The translations under genes and the position numbers were made by a program. Positions 50,921 through 64,000 of a stretch of DNA of 64,000 nt are shown piece after piece. Within the stretch, counting starts at the first letter, position 1; every line of letters begins with the position of its first letter. Source of the DNA: Lama guanicoe (taxonomy: Eukaryota); NCBI GenBank assembly GCA_013239625.1, contig MU054391.1, forward strand, positions 3,687,130 to 3,751,129, in the 5' to 3' direction. The notes under the pieces were generated by a model. That model was not told the origin of the DNA and searched no databases. It was given only the letters and a program-made list of their open reading frames with translations.

Positions 50921-52344
50921 GAAGCATCTCCCCTTTTACTTCCTCGGGCTGCTGGTCTGAAGGGGCTTGGAGAGGTGCCTTTGTTTCGCGGTTAACAGGC
51001 CTTGCGCCCAGCCCTGCCCCCTTCTGCAGCCCGGCCCCACGGCGGGCCGCCCAGGAGCAGGGCTGGGCCCGACTTGTGCGGAGTTCATGGTCGCTGCGCG
51101 GTTCCCACTTGAGTTCAGTCGTGGATGCTGGACGTCCCCGCCCAGCTTGGCCAGCCTCTTCTCTGCAGCTTGTGTCATTCAGATCCGACCATCCTGCTGA
51201 CTCCTTTCTGTATCAACTCAGATGCAAAAGTCCTCAGACTTTGATGTTTCATATGTAAGATGAGGGGCTCGGCTTGGCTTGGGTGACTGAACGTTTTTCT
51301 TTACAGAACTCCTAGATCATTGGAATCTGCACTGAGTTTCACCTGTGCCTCCAGTTAATTGCTGCAGGCCCTCCTAAGTCCACCTGTCTCATGGTGTCCA
51401 CCCCGTCTGCCCTCGAACACTGGCTTTTCACTGCCCCTCATCAAGGATCAGGTCAAGTGCATCCACCAGGCTTCCACCGCCCGGTGCCCGAGGGAGATGG
51501 GTTGCGAGCATCCTCTCCCACCCGTGTGCCCTGCTTTGGGAGTCCTGCCACCTGCCCCCGGCCTGAGTCCGCAGGTCTTGACCAGGAATCCTGGAGGGTG
51601 TCTCCTCTGGCCGTCCAGCCCCACCCCAGGGGTCCCTCTCCAGCTGACCTCCTGAACGCCGTGCCCCTCGTTCCTGGCTGAGGCGCCTTCCTTGTTTGCA
51701 TCCCTGCTGTCAGAGCCGCCCAATCTTTTCTTCTGCATTTTTAGATGCCTTTCTTTCGGGCCCTTTCTGTTCTCTGGCCTGCTGTCCCTGGCCGGCTGCA
51801 CTTCCTGCCATCACAGGGCATCGCAGGGTACCCCGCCCCCGCATCACTTGCTTCTTCCTGCATCCCAGGCGCATTGCCGCATTCCTGATGGGGCACCGTG
51901 CCTTCTCCTGGGGTCATCCTGCTGCTCTTCTTCCTGCCGGTTCCTGGGAGCTCTTCGTGGCCCCTTCAGACCCCATCGTGTCCCTGAACTGCCCTGGCAT
52001 TTTGTGGATGGCGTGGAATTGAGTCAGCATCCTTTTACTCCTGGACGCAGCAGGCACGGTGCCTCCCGGGGGACTGTGAGCTTTGCAAAACTGAGTATTT
52101 TAAAATCCTGGAAATAAGTATTAGCTTTAATGTAGTAAAAAAAAAAACTGAATTGATAGTAACATATGGATCGTGTCAGTCAACAAAATATAACTGTCAC
52201 TTAGTCAGCTGAGAGTCAGGCACAGTTATACAGAAATTAGATTCAACCCGAAATGACGGTGCTTTTGAGTGTTTGGCATGATTTGCCGTGAGTTCTCCGT
52301 AAGTAAAACATCCCTGAGTTAAATTAAGCTCTGCCTTTCAAGAT

Positions 52345-52618
52345 TTTTCTTTTCTTTTTTGTTTCTCTTGGAGGGAGGTAATTAGGTTTATTTACTTGTT
52401 TGTTTGTTTGTTTGCTTATGTTAATGGAGGCACTGGGGATTGAACCCAGGACCTCGTTCTTGCTAAGCATGTGCTCTCCCACTGAGCTCTACCCTCCCCC
52501 GTAATGAGATTATGACATTTCTTTTTGTTTTTTCCCCCTCAAGGAACGCACTGAGGGTTGAAACCAGGACCTCGTGTACACCAAGCACATGCTCTACGCC
52601 TGAGCTATATGCTCCCCC
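52345..52618 (-). mobile_element. Two adjacent tRNA-derived SINEs (vic-1-like)
   Basis: ggggattgaacccaggacctc...actgagctctaccctcccc (to 52500) and gggttgaaaccaggacctc...tgagctatatgctcccc (to 52618). Confidence 0.8.
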
Positions 52619-52777
52619 TACTTTTTTTTTTTCTGTCACTCGTCACCCATTTTTGAATTCCCTGCATGGCGCCTGGTACAGGCAGCTTCAGTGTGTTAAA
52701 CTTTCAGCTGAACTCAGTACATTAAAAAAAATAAATAAATAAAGGACGTGACGCCCCTGCCTGAAGGTTTAGGGTTT

Positions 52778-52912
52778 CTTCCCTTCCCTCCCCTCCCCTC
52801 CCCTCCCCTTCCCTTCCCTTCCCTCCCCTTCCCTTCCCTTCCCTTCCCTCCCCTTCCCTTCCGTCCCCTTCCCTTCCCTTCCCTCTTCTTTTCTTTTCTT
52901 TTTTTCTTTTTT
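52778..52912. repeat. Polypyrimidine (CTTCC/CTCCC)n tract
   Basis: Direct inspection. Confidence 0.9.
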
Positions 52913-54714
52913 CTGAAACACTACCATATGGTGGTTTTTAAAACCACTGACATTTATAAACTGACCCCAAATGACAAAAACCCTTAGCTGAGCTGCTAAT
53001 AAAAACAACCCATCCGGAAGCTGCAAATGGAGTTTCTGTGATTTTAGTTGAAATTCCCCAGGGATTTCTCCTGATGAGGATTCTGTGTATCTTACCCCAT
53101 CATGCTGCTTATCTAGAAATCAGTCTAGTTATAGTACATCCACCATTAGGTGGTAATAAATACCTTGAGTGGTAAGAGAAAGAATGTCTGGGTTTAAAAT
53201 TTTTCAAATTAAAAGAAAATTTCTTAGAGAAATTAGCTACCAGGAACGTTCGCCCAGATGATGAAGTGGGCCCTTGTTGAAGAACAGGAAGTATTTAAAT
53301 ATAAATCATGTTGCCTCAGCAGGAGGAATGAATTTTTAGGCCTGAGCTGGGGGAAGGGATGACTTAGAGATAAATGCATGATTTTTATTTGCAACTGCAT
53401 GATTACTTCAGACGGTTGCACTTCGGAGAATTTTGCTCAAAGACACGATACTAAATGTAGGGGAAAAGAAGTGCTTTGTAGCACAAATGCTCCTCTTCGT
53501 TTGTTTGTTTGTTTGTTCTAAATAACAGCCCAAAGGAAAACATCTCAGTGTGGTTAAGTAAATATTCTGCTCTAACTCAGTAAGATTTTTGGAGATTGTG
53601 TTAAAAGCCCTTTGTAAAAGTGAAAATCACTCTTGTGTTGGGTGAGGTGAGGCGTTACAGGGAACTTTTTCATTTAAAAAAAAAAAAGAAAAAATGGGAG
53701 AAAGTGGGAAAGTGGGAAAATGTCTCAATTATGAGACTGAAATGGATGCACAAAATATGCACAGATGTGGACAATATCCTGGGGAAAGGAATCGTAACTC
53801 ACAAGGACTGTGACTTTTTTTTTCTATTTTTGATTTTTAAAAATTGTGGTGCTATATAATTTTATAGTGAAATAAATTATATCCAGTTAAAAATGTGTTT
53901 GACTGTACATTCTGCCCCCTCCAAGAACACATTTGATTGTTTCTTCCACGACAAATAGGTATTTAGCAAATAACCCTGCATCCCCAGTGGATGATTTGCT
54001 GCAGGGGCTAGAAGAGACATGAGGGTCAATCAGGAAACACCTGTCTGTTAGTTAAACAAGACAGAGAGGTGCAAACACAGACGTTTTTCCTGCAGGGGTG
54101 CTCTTTCAGGCCCGCTTCTAGCTCACGTCCCTGCACCTGCGCAGTGACAGTTGATGTCGTAACCATGACACTGTGGCCCCTCGAAGTCCAGGCTCCCCGT
54201 GCCCCTGTGGTTGTGGTCACTACCTGAGCCTCATGGAGCAGGGCCACGGGGACAGCAGCCACAGTCCTGCCCCGGACTTCATGTCCCATCAGAAACCTCT
54301 GCAAAGACCCTTAACCTCGCTGTAAATGTTCCCAGGGCTGCTGCTTTTTCAGGTCTCCTCTGAAGATGACCTACGTCGCAAAAGAGAACATTTAAAGAAA
54401 AACATTTAAATCCTAGCCAGAGGGCAGATCCACATATAACTCTCAAGGAATTCCACAGGGAGGGAGGCAGACAGGTGTGAGGCGTGAGGAAGAGGTGAGG
54501 GCTCTGGGAACTGGGACAAATACTGCCTAATGCGCTCAAATTCCATCTCAAAAGCACATCCCACTTGAAGAAAATACTGCCTTCCTGGTCCACAAAAATG
54601 GGAAGTATTAGACCCATCAGGGCTGGTATTGTCTCTAGCTCTTCAGCTATTTCTGTTTAGAACAGCCTAAGTGAAACTGTGCCATGTTTCTTCCTTCCCT
54701 TATTTCTCTCTCTC

Positions 54715-54838
54715 TTTTTTTAATTGGGGGGGGTATTTAGGTTTATTTATTTATTTTTCTTGATGGCGGTACCAGGGGTTGAGCCCAGGACCTCACGCAT
54801 GCTAGGCACACACTTTGCCACTGAGCTATACCCTCCCT
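54715..54838 (-). mobile_element. tRNA-derived SINE (vic-1-like)
   Basis: ggggttgagcccaggacctcacgcatgctagg...ctgagctataccctccc. Confidence 0.8.
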
Positions 54839-54991
54839 CCTATTTTTCTCTTTTGATTGCTATTTTGCCTTTAAGTGTCCCGTGAAAGTGCCCCAGACTA
54901 CCCCAGGGCTGGCAGATACAGCACATACGAGGCTTTGGGCCGAGGTTAGTCCTACCTGCCTTTCCTACTGAAAGCTCACACCCTTATGTTT

Positions 54992-55490
54992 TGTCAGCTG
55001 AAATAAATGCACAACCTAAAAGCTGAGAGTTGTTTTATTCGGTGGACAATTCTGAGGACTCAGCCCGAGATGACAGCCTCTCAGATGGCTCTGAAGGACT
55101 GCTCCGAAGAGGTAGGGGACGGGCTGGGATATAGAGGAGCCTTGCAACGAAGACCAGGGAGTTGGAACACTAAAAGATTACTTGTTAACTAAAGAAAACC
55201 AGGCATCTCAGGTTAAAAGAATTTAGTGCTTTTCTATGTGTGGGAGGAAGCAAACACTTGGGCTCATTGAATTCATTCCTTTGACAAGCACCTAGCTATC
55301 TAGGGCCAGTGTCCTGTCCTTTCTTATTCAGAGTCCCCTCAGAGGGCACCACTGTGAGTGGCTGCAGAGGACGTGCTGCAGGGATGGGTTGCAGGCTTGT
55401 CTTCACTGGGGGGTGGTGGCAGCCACTGATGACTTGATGGCTTCAGCATTCTTTGTTTACTGACACGGTCTGCAGTCTTTTTTGTTCACA
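54992..55490 (-). mobile_element. ERV1-class solo LTR
   Basis: TG...CA termini, 4-bp TSD GTTT on both sides, minus-strand AATAAA near 55034. Confidence 0.8.
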
Positions 55491-55527
55491 GTTTTATGTG
55501 CTCATCTTAACCTTCACAATTTTAGCC

Positions 55528-56047
55528 TGTTACCCCCTGGAAAAGAGAAGACCACAGTTCGTGTCATACCTGAAGGATGTTCACACTTGGGAGATGGTGC
55601 GTTGTGTAGCGAAAGATCTTAAAAGACTCTTAGAAAAGGAAAAATACGCCTTCAAGAACGGGAGGCGGGCTGATCCAAGGGGGGAGAAGGGGTGTTTTCC
55701 AAATCTCCCCTTTCTCTGAGAGCCTCGCTTAGAGGTGGTCTTTTGATTGATGGCTCTTGCCCCTGGAGTGCTTAGTCGCCCCCTTTGTGCGTGTCCTCCC
55801 CCATGGTGAACACACAGAAACCCAAGGGGAATGGGCTAAACCTCACTTAATTAAAATATCATGAACATTGAGTTGCGTCCGGTGAAGTCAGTTGTGGCTG
55901 TTGGGTTTTAACTGATTTCTTGCTGGGACCCATTTAGAAGAAGTGAAGTTTCTTTTTGCTGGAGGTGGGGCAGAACGTCATTTTCCAGGCCATCCTCCCT
56001 CTCCGCCCCCTGTCTGCCGGTGCCCACACTTACCTACCTGCCTAACA
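55528..56047 (-). mobile_element. Probable LTR (left boundary uncertain, 55528 or 55605)
   Basis: Ends in cctacctgcctaaca, typical of an antisense ERV LTR end; no matching TSD found. Confidence 0.45.
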
Positions 56048-56049
56048 CA

Positions 56050-59000
56050 ACTGGGTGTTTATCAGCCTCATTGGTCTTTTAAGAATCAGCTCGTGAGTTT
56101 TTGTTTTTCTCTGTTGCTTTTCCGTTTATGAGTTCATTGACTTCTGCCCCAGTGTTTACTGCGTCTTTTCTCCTGCTTGTTTTAGGCCGAGTTGCTCTTA
56201 CTCTGGTTTTCTAAAGAGGAAGCTTGGATGACTGATTTTAGATCTTTCTTCTGATGCAGAATGGTCGCGTCTTGGGACTTGGGTCAGGTCTTGTGTGAGT
56301 CCCTGGGATGCGCCCGCCAGGTGAGGGTCCTTGGCTGTGCGCAGGAAAGGATTCAAGAGAGAGCCACAGTTGAGTGAAGGTGGGTTTGCTTACAGAGATG
56401 CACCCCGTAGACAGAGTGCAGGCGTCTCCGAAGGACGGAGAGCGCGACCGAGAGGCCTAGGAGATACACATTCCACAGGCAGAATCCGGGCCATCTCAAG
56501 AGGCTAGAGGTGGTGGCCTCAGAGCGTGGGGTCACCTAGGAAAGTGAGATTGGCCACAAGGTGTGGGGTTGCTAGCGTTCATGGGCTCGGTAACTTCATA
56601 TGCTAACAAATGGGAGGACTATTCCAACTACTGTGGGGAAGGGGCGGGTATTCCCACTTTTTGGGCCTTTGGAATTGGGCCATTGCCCACTTTTTGACCT
56701 TTTATGGTCAGTCTTGAAAGTGTCATGGCACCGGTGGGTGTGCCACTTAGCAGCCTTTGTGTGACAATGAAGGCGTATTGAAGCTCAAGGTCCACTGGGA
56801 GTTGGATCTCCTGCCGTCTTGGTGCTCATTGCGGCGTCCTTCCTTTAATGGCTGTGCCCTGCCCCCTTCCCTGCAGCCTCACTTCTTCTGGAATATTTGC
56901 TATATTATATATTAATGCTATAAATTTCCCTGTAAGCACTGTATTTGCCACATTCTGCTCATCTTGATAAGTTATATTTTAATTTTCATCTTGAGACTTC
57001 TTCTTTGGCCCATGTGTTATTTATAAATGTGCTGTTGAATCTCCAGATAGTTGGGGATTTTCCAGCTATCTTGCTGTTACCGGCTTCCAGTTTAATTCCA
57101 TTGCGATGGGAGAGCGTACTTCGTACGATTCCTTTTGTTTTTGTCAATGTGTTCAAGTGTGTTTTATGGCCTAGAGTGTTCCATGTGAACTAGAGGAGTG
57201 TGTATTCAGCTGTTGTTGGATGGAATATTGTATGTGTCAGGTAAATCAGATTGACTGTTTAGTGCTCTTCAGGTCAACTGTGTACTTGTTGAGTCTGCCT
57301 GTCACTGAAGGGAGTGGTGAAACCTCTAACTGCAGTATAATAGTGGGTTTGTCTATTTCTCCTTACAGGTCTGTCAGGTTTTGCTTCTGTATATTGACAC
57401 TATGTTGTTAGGTGCACACACGTTAGTATTTTTTATGTTTTCTCGGAGAATTGACCCCTTTATGACTGCATAATGTTCCTCTTTATCCCTGATAATTTTC
57501 CTTGGTCTGAAGTCTGTTTTGTTTCAAATTAACATAGCTACTCTAGCTTCCTTTTTATTAGCATTAACAAGTAATATCTTTCTCCATCCCTTTGTTTTTA
57601 ACTTGAATCTTTTTATTTGAAGTGGGTTTATTTAGAAAGCATACAGTTGAATCTTGCTTTTTTATCCACTTGGAAAATCTCCAATTTTTGACTGGTGTAT
57701 TTAGATGAGGTACATTTAAAATGATTATTAATGTAGTTGGATTAATATTTACCATATTTGAAATTGTTTTCTATTCATCTGTTCTTTTTTTTCCCCTCCT
57801 CCTTTTCCTGATTTCTCTGGTTTTGAGTATTTTGTATAATTCTATTTTATCTCCTCTATTAGCATATCAAGTACAGTTTTTAACATCTTTCAGTGGTTGC
57901 TCCAGAATTTGCAATATATACATATATATATATTTTACTAAACTAAATCCACTTTCAAATAACGCTATACCAGTTGATATGTAGGAAAAGTGCCTAGCAA
58001 AGTATTCCTGATTCTCCCCTCTCTTCCCTTGTGACTCTGCTGTTACTCACTTCCCTTATCCATATTCTGTAGTCACCCAATACATCGTCACTGTTCTGGC
58101 TGTAAGTATTTTCTTTTAGATCAATTAAAAGAAAAATGAAATACTATATCTTGCCTTCATTGATTCCTTCTCAATCTCTTTTCCTGTGTTTATGCTGATT
58201 TGAGATTCTGACTTACATAATTTTTTTTTTCTCTCTGAAGAACTTTGCGTTGTTTTTGAGGTGGGACAATCGGTAACGGATTCCTTCAATTTTTGCTTAT
58301 CTGAGAAGGTGTTTATTTTTCCTTCACTTTTGAAGGACAGTTTTCCTGGAAATAGGATTTTAGTTTGGTGGTATTTTAATTTTGACACTTTAAATATTTC
58401 ACTCCACTCTCTTCTTGCTTGTTCGGTTTCTGAAGAAAAGTTAGATCTAATTTCTTATTCTTGCTTCTCTGCAGGTACAGTGTTTTTTCTCTTTTCTTTC
58501 TGATTTCTTTTGAGATTCTTATTTGGCCTTTGATTTTTACCTTCAAATATGATATGCCTAGGAGTATGTATTTTAGTATTTGTCGTACTTGATGTTCTCT
58601 GAGCTTCCTGAATCTATGGTTTCATAAGTGATTTGGGAAAATTCTCAGCCATTCTTGCTTCAAATATTTTTCTGCTCTGTTCTCTCTTGTTTCCTCCCTC
58701 TGGTATTCTAATTATGCTTATGTCATACATTTTGAAAGTATCCTACAGTTCTTGGATGTTCTGTTCTGAGTTTTTAAATTTTTATTTTGTTTTTTCTGTT
58801 TGCACTTTAGTATGAGAACTTTCTGTTGCCCCATCTTCAAGCTCACTGGCTTTTCCCCCGGCTGTGCTTACTCTGTTGATGAGCCTGACCGACAGTCTTC
58901 ATTTTCTACGATGGTTTTGTTTTCTAGGGTTTCCTTTGATTCTTTTTTAAAAATTCCATCTTTCTGCTTATATAACCCATTGGCTCTTGCAATTTGTCTC

Positions 59001-60040
59001 CTTTTCCTCAAAGAACCTTTAATGTATTAACCATAGCTAGTTTAGTTCCCTGTGTGATCATCCCAGTGTCTGGTCATGTCTGAGTCTGGTTTTGATGTTT
59101 GTTCTGTCTCTTCAGATTGTGAATTCTCTTGCCTTGATAGCTGAACGTGATGTACTTGTTAGTAGGAACTGAGGTAAAAGGCCTTTCGGGAGAGGTTTTA
59201 TGTTGCTGTTGGTCGGAGCTGAGCTATGTTTAATGTGTGCTGAAGCTGTAGGTGCCAGAGGCTTCAAATTCCTCTCGTGACTTTTTGTTTCCCCTGTTGT
59301 CTTTGGAGTTTCCTAAGAACTTTCCTAGGAGCTCCCCCTTAGAGAGTGTCTGATTCCTGCTGCCCCCTCAGCTGTAACTCTCCGTGACCGCACTGGGGCC
59401 CTCTAACGAGGCTGTGAGTCGAGGGGCAGGGGACCGTTCTGTACTCTCAAGATTAAACCTCAGTCTTTAAGCAGGCTGGTGTACCTGGGCTCTGGCCTTC
59501 ATGAGAGTTCCCTAGCGATTTTGATCCTCCTTGTGTGAGACGGGGAGGTGAGAGGGACTGGAGTGGGGTCCTTGCCCTTTGTTGGGTTGGGTGAGGCCTG
59601 CAGGACGGGCCTCTGTTGTGCAGACCGTCCTGGCACATTTCGATTGGTTCCTCTTCCCTCTTCCGCCACCCTGGCCAGAGCCAGGAATGCGTGTTCTTGG
59701 CCCTTCACCGTGAGAACCTGGTGGGGTTCCTGGAGGTCAGAGCCACCAGAGTGTGCACCCCCCTCAAGACGATGGCCCCTCACAGTTTCTTTCTCAGTCA
59801 GGCCGGTTCATACTCAGCCTCCAGCAGTTGACGATAGTGACCACACAGGTGACCAGTGGCTTCTTCTGGCGAGCAGACCTCGGCTGCGGCCGTTGGACCT
59901 CGCCTCCCCAGGTTTCAGGGGCTTGGCTTGTCCTGCGCCGTCAGTTTTCTGCTGGGGCCAAGAAGTTGCTGAGGATGGGTTTGTGCAGCCCTTCCCTGTG
60001 AGGATGGGAGTGATGGCTCTTCGTGTGTCAGAGCTGAGAC
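56050..60040 (-). mobile_element. Degenerate LINE-1 (ORF2 N-terminus, ORF1, probable 5' region), interrupted by the LTR at 56252-56881
   Basis: Minus ORF 57564-57755 (..IIILNVPHLNTPVKNWRFSKWIKKQDSTVCFL..) resembles L1 endonuclease start; 58125-58388 (..ILFPGKLSFKSEGKINTFSDKQKLKE..) resembles ORF1p C-terminus; right boundary approximate. Confidence 0.8.
56252..56881 (-). mobile_element. ERV1-class solo LTR inserted into an old L1
   Basis: TG...CA termini, 4-bp TSD CTTC (56248-56251 and 56882-56885); L1-like sequence continues on both sides; strand inferred. Confidence 0.8.
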
Positions 60041-61477
60041 CTCAGGCCTCCACCCTCAAGTTTGTGCTGTTCTGTCTCACCCTCCTTTGTTCGATGACAA
60101 ACCCTGTGAAGGCGTCTGCCGTGGTCCTGAAGAGGGCACCGATGGAGACACAGGTGCCTGCAGTGTGAAGCAGGGCGATTCTGTGGGTCTGGGCCTTGAC
60201 TTTCTAACCTGTAAGTGAACGAAGCCTGTGTTCCCTACCAGCTTTGAGCCTGATAACTTTCTCTTTCTTCTCAATTACTTGTGACACTTTGCAGGATATT
60301 CTGCATAAGGTGGATGTTCAAACTTTCCTTCAATAGACTGATAAGATTTTGCCTTATGAAGCAGAACATCATCAGCTGGATAATCTTTTCTTGGCTAATT
60401 TCATCTTTCTGTCATTTATGAGATTTGATATAATTGATTTACAGGTATTAGACATTCAAAGAATTTTGAAAAATGTAATGAATGACTTGCATGGAATTTT
60501 TCCAGGAAATATTTTATTTAAATTATATTTTTTAAAAATGAAGTACAAAAGAAAGAACTCCGACACAAAAGGTCACCGATTGTATGATTTCATTTATATG
60601 AAATATCTAGAATAGGTGAAACCACAGGGACATGAAGCAGATTTCTGGCTGCCAGGGACAGAGCGGATGGGAGTAGAGATCAGCTGCTTGGTGGGAGATG
60701 GTTTTATTTGGGGGCGATGGGAATCCCTTGCAACTTCATAGATTTCTGCCTGCGCAGCATAGTGAATGCACTAAATGCACTCAATTGTGAATTTTAAAAT
60801 GGATAATTTTGTATTATGTGAATTTCACCTCAATAAAAAATACATATAGTACATTAAAAATTGAAAAGCCTAGCAGTGCAAAAACTTTTACATTACAAAG
60901 CACTTCTTCCCTCTGCCCCCAGGCTGTTTGTCTCCTGAACCAGAGGCATCTGCTGTCAGTTTCTTACATATACTTTCACACCAGTCCCCTCATCTCCTTT
61001 TTTGGAAAATGCTGCATATTGCTCTTTTTTCCTACTTAATTTGGAGCTTTGTCCTTATCAGCACATAAACATCTACCTTATTCCTTTTCAAAGCTACATA
61101 GTCAAAGGAATTAATTTCTAAGTTCTTTCAAGTTGAGGTGTGTTTTATCTCATCCTTCTAAATAAACTATTTTTTTTCCCCTGCAGTAATGCCTCTGCTA
61201 TAACAAGCTGCTTAATTTGTGCCTAGTTCAGTATCCAGTTAGGCAAATCAATCAGCTCTTTGTGAGCAAGTTTAAGCCTAAGAATTAGCTTCATTTTTAT
61301 GAGTCATTTCTTAGACTCAAGGATGATGGTATTAGCCAAATGCCTTTTATCACAACAAGAGAATTGAAAAGGAAACTCATTTAATTAATTGATAGTTAAT
61401 GAGCCAATGAATCTGTTCCATAGCTATAATCTGACAGATATCTCCATTGCTGAAGAATGTGTTTTATTTTCCCCCAG

Positions 61478-61855
61478 AGAAGACAAATGTGAAATCACTA
61501 GCTGCAGGACAACTCTAAAGGGATGACTGTGGGTCCCTCTGGCCCCCAGTGTGTAGGACTGTTAGCGTACAATGCCCGTAGACAGAGATGGCTTTATAGA
61601 AGCCGGACAAGACCTCTATTCATAGCAGAGTCAAGCAGCCACACACACGAAAACCTCCACTTACTGTGGCTGCAAATGCTGAAACGCACAGAGAGCCACA
61701 TGGATTCTTGAATTAAAATTTCTGAATTTGAATTCTTGAACTTGCAAGGTCAGCAGCAACCAAAAGACAGTTCTTGATTTGGAAATCGGAAGCTTGGGAG
61801 AGTAGAAGGATTGCCCTCGGACCTCTTTTGTGTCCTCGTGTGTATGGAATTGCAG
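61478..61855 (+). other. Candidate non-coding (5'UTR) exon, possibly of RNF144A
   Basis: Acceptor ttttattttcccccag| at 61477 and consensus donor CAG|gtaagt at 61855/61856 in non-repetitive-looking sequence; 5' boundary uncertain. Confidence 0.3.
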
Positions 61856-62930
61856 GTAAGTGGGAGGATCTCTCTCTGCGAGCTGGAGTCTGTGCTCATT
61901 AGCTGAGTCTCAATCCCCATTCATTATGGAGAGAGAGGAAGAAGCAAGAGCCTCCACTAATTCTAATCCTTGTGCCCAAGTCAGGCTGCTCTAAGGATTT
62001 GCTTCAAGGAACCTGGAACGCAAAGCAATGGGGCATTTTGGAAGGACTGTAATTCAGAGTCTGCAGTGTGTTCCACTTACGAGGTCCTTTTGTGAGGCCA
62101 AAGAAAAATGATTACTTTCTCTCAGTGTTTAGTATCTTATGGATAATATACGACATCAAAAATCTTCAGTTCTAAAAACTTAGAGTTATAAATGCAGAAA
62201 TTAAAAATAAATGTTCAATTAGGACTAAAATGAAGAGTGAGATTTCTTTAAGTACATACGGAAGATTTACCGGTTTTTTCTTTTCTACATTCTTATAGAA
62301 AAATTGTGTGTGTGTGTGAGTGTATAACTTAAATGTATGTTCACAATTTGGATATATACAATGTCTTGTTTTACGCCTTTGTATTTGCTGTTATGTCTTA
62401 GACATCTCTTCATACCAATAATTAGAGGTCCAGGTCCTTTACTTGTATGGAGGACAAGTCTTATTTACTCAATGTGTCCCTCTTGATGGGCATTTAAGTC
62501 ACTTTCCAGTTTTCACTTTTACAAAGAACGCTACGCAGTGTTCTGTCATCAACACGTTCCAGAACGATACCCGGTTATGCTGACATCCGACATCCAGTAC
62601 CCACTCTGATCACCATCCTTCCTCATTGCCCCTAATCCTTTTGCTCCTGGTCTTCAGAAATACTTCATCCCCACGGGATCGCCAGCCCTACTTCCTTTTC
62701 AGTGCTCCCTGCCACCTTTATGTCCTCAGTCCTTTTTTTCCTGAAATGCAGTCCTTTCTCCCACTCTCCTAATCACCGGACAAAACACGGCTTTGGCTGA
62801 GTCCAGTTTCCTGCTGTTGTGCACCTGCACCCGAGCTGCTCTGTGGGGATGGGGGAGTGCTTGGCCCTGGTTCTGACCACAGTGCTCTCTCAGCAGGCCC
62901 CGCAGTCCTGCAGTATGGATCTAAGCATAC

Positions 62931-62958
62931 GTGTGTGTGTGTGTGTGTGTGTGTGTGT
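62931..62958. repeat. (GT)n microsatellite
   Basis: Direct inspection. Confidence 0.9.
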
Positions 62959-64000
62959 ACATATTTATAGTATGTCTGTGTCTGTATTTTACAAAGCCCT
63001 AAAGGTTTTGAGTGATTATCCCTAACCTCAGTTTTTTCTCATAAACCTTGTTATTTTAGTGATCCCAGCTGTTCTTTGCTTGGTGAACTAATTTAACAGG
63101 AAATAATCTTACATATAACTCAATAATCAGATCCATTTATATATTGAAGTACGTATAATTGGTGAAAGAAGCAAATGAGTGAAATAATTTCTTTAATGCA
63201 GATTTTTGCACCAGTTTGGCTCTGAGGGTATCCAAACAGTTGAGTCCTTTGTTCACAATCTGATGTTGCAGCCCTGTTCATATAAAGGGGTGAACTGATT
63301 CAATTCTATTAGAATGAAATTGGGATTCCAGAAGAGCTTAAGTCTGGAAGACAAGAAGCCTGGTCCTAGGCTGCAGTGCATCACATTTGCTTCAGGGGAC
63401 AAACAGTAGTGTTTTTTTTGTTGGTTTTTTTTTTTTCATGTTTAATCACTCAGAGAGTAATGTGTGGGCATAAAGACTGCTACCCAGTCTGGTCTCCCTG
63501 AGAGCAGGATCATGTCAGATCCATTCATTCCTACCCAGCATCTCAGCAGATGGTAAGGATGCAAAAAAGAAAAAAAGGGTAATAATAGATGAACATTGAC
63601 TATAGGTGTTTCTGCTAAAACCCACCACGTGCACCCCTGGTTCTCTGCAGCGTCAGGCACTAAAACTAGCTGGGCTCGTGGGGAGGTGGGGCGGGGACTG
63701 ACCGCTCACACTCTGCGCAGCTCTGTGAGCAGGGCCCCAGGGAGGGCGGAGTTGAGCACCTGGAGGTCGGAGCCCTGGCTGGAGGCGGCCACCGCTTGTA
63801 GTAAATGTGCGAGTGAAGAACTTCAATGCTTTCACTCATGCCTGTTGGTGGTGCCCAGGCAAAGTCAGAGCACAGCAGCCCCCTGGGCAGGGCTCTGGAA
63901 GGTGGGCTGGGGGGCTTTGCAAGCTGCCGGCAGCCTGCAAAGGCACAGGCTCACAGCACAGCTCTGCGCAGAGGGGCCCAGCCTGCAGCCTTTCCTTGTA

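Overview
Mammalian genomic DNA, most likely camelid: six tRNA-derived SINEs resemble the camelid vic-1 family. The window holds the conserved interferon-stimulated pair CMPK2 (minus strand, 5 coding exons, 450 aa, CDS 11535 down to 1682) and RSAD2/viperin (plus strand, 6 coding exons, 361 aa, CDS 20107-33103), arranged head to head. All exon boundaries were read manually as GT-AG and both frames are intact. A CpG island at about 41.7-42.6 kb is inferred from synteny to be the RNF144A promoter and non-coding exon 1; the rest of the window is probably its repeat-rich first intron(s). The viperin-CMPK2 (ddhCTP) system itself is established biology. The least expected feature is a direct-orientation partial copy of RSAD2 exon 2 3' end plus intron 2 lying about 7.5 kb upstream. 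It has a dead splice donor, a diverged 5' half and a 348-bp tract that reads as identical, and the two copies bracket the viperin promoter and exons 1-2. Other leads: a distal ISRE cluster between the two genes, an antisense solo LTR with a CCAAT array in RSAD2 intron 3, a leaky-scanning candidate for cytosolic CMPK2, a GC-shifted viperin exon 1, and CTCF-like motifs inside RSAD2. Repeat family names are from recognition only, not a search.
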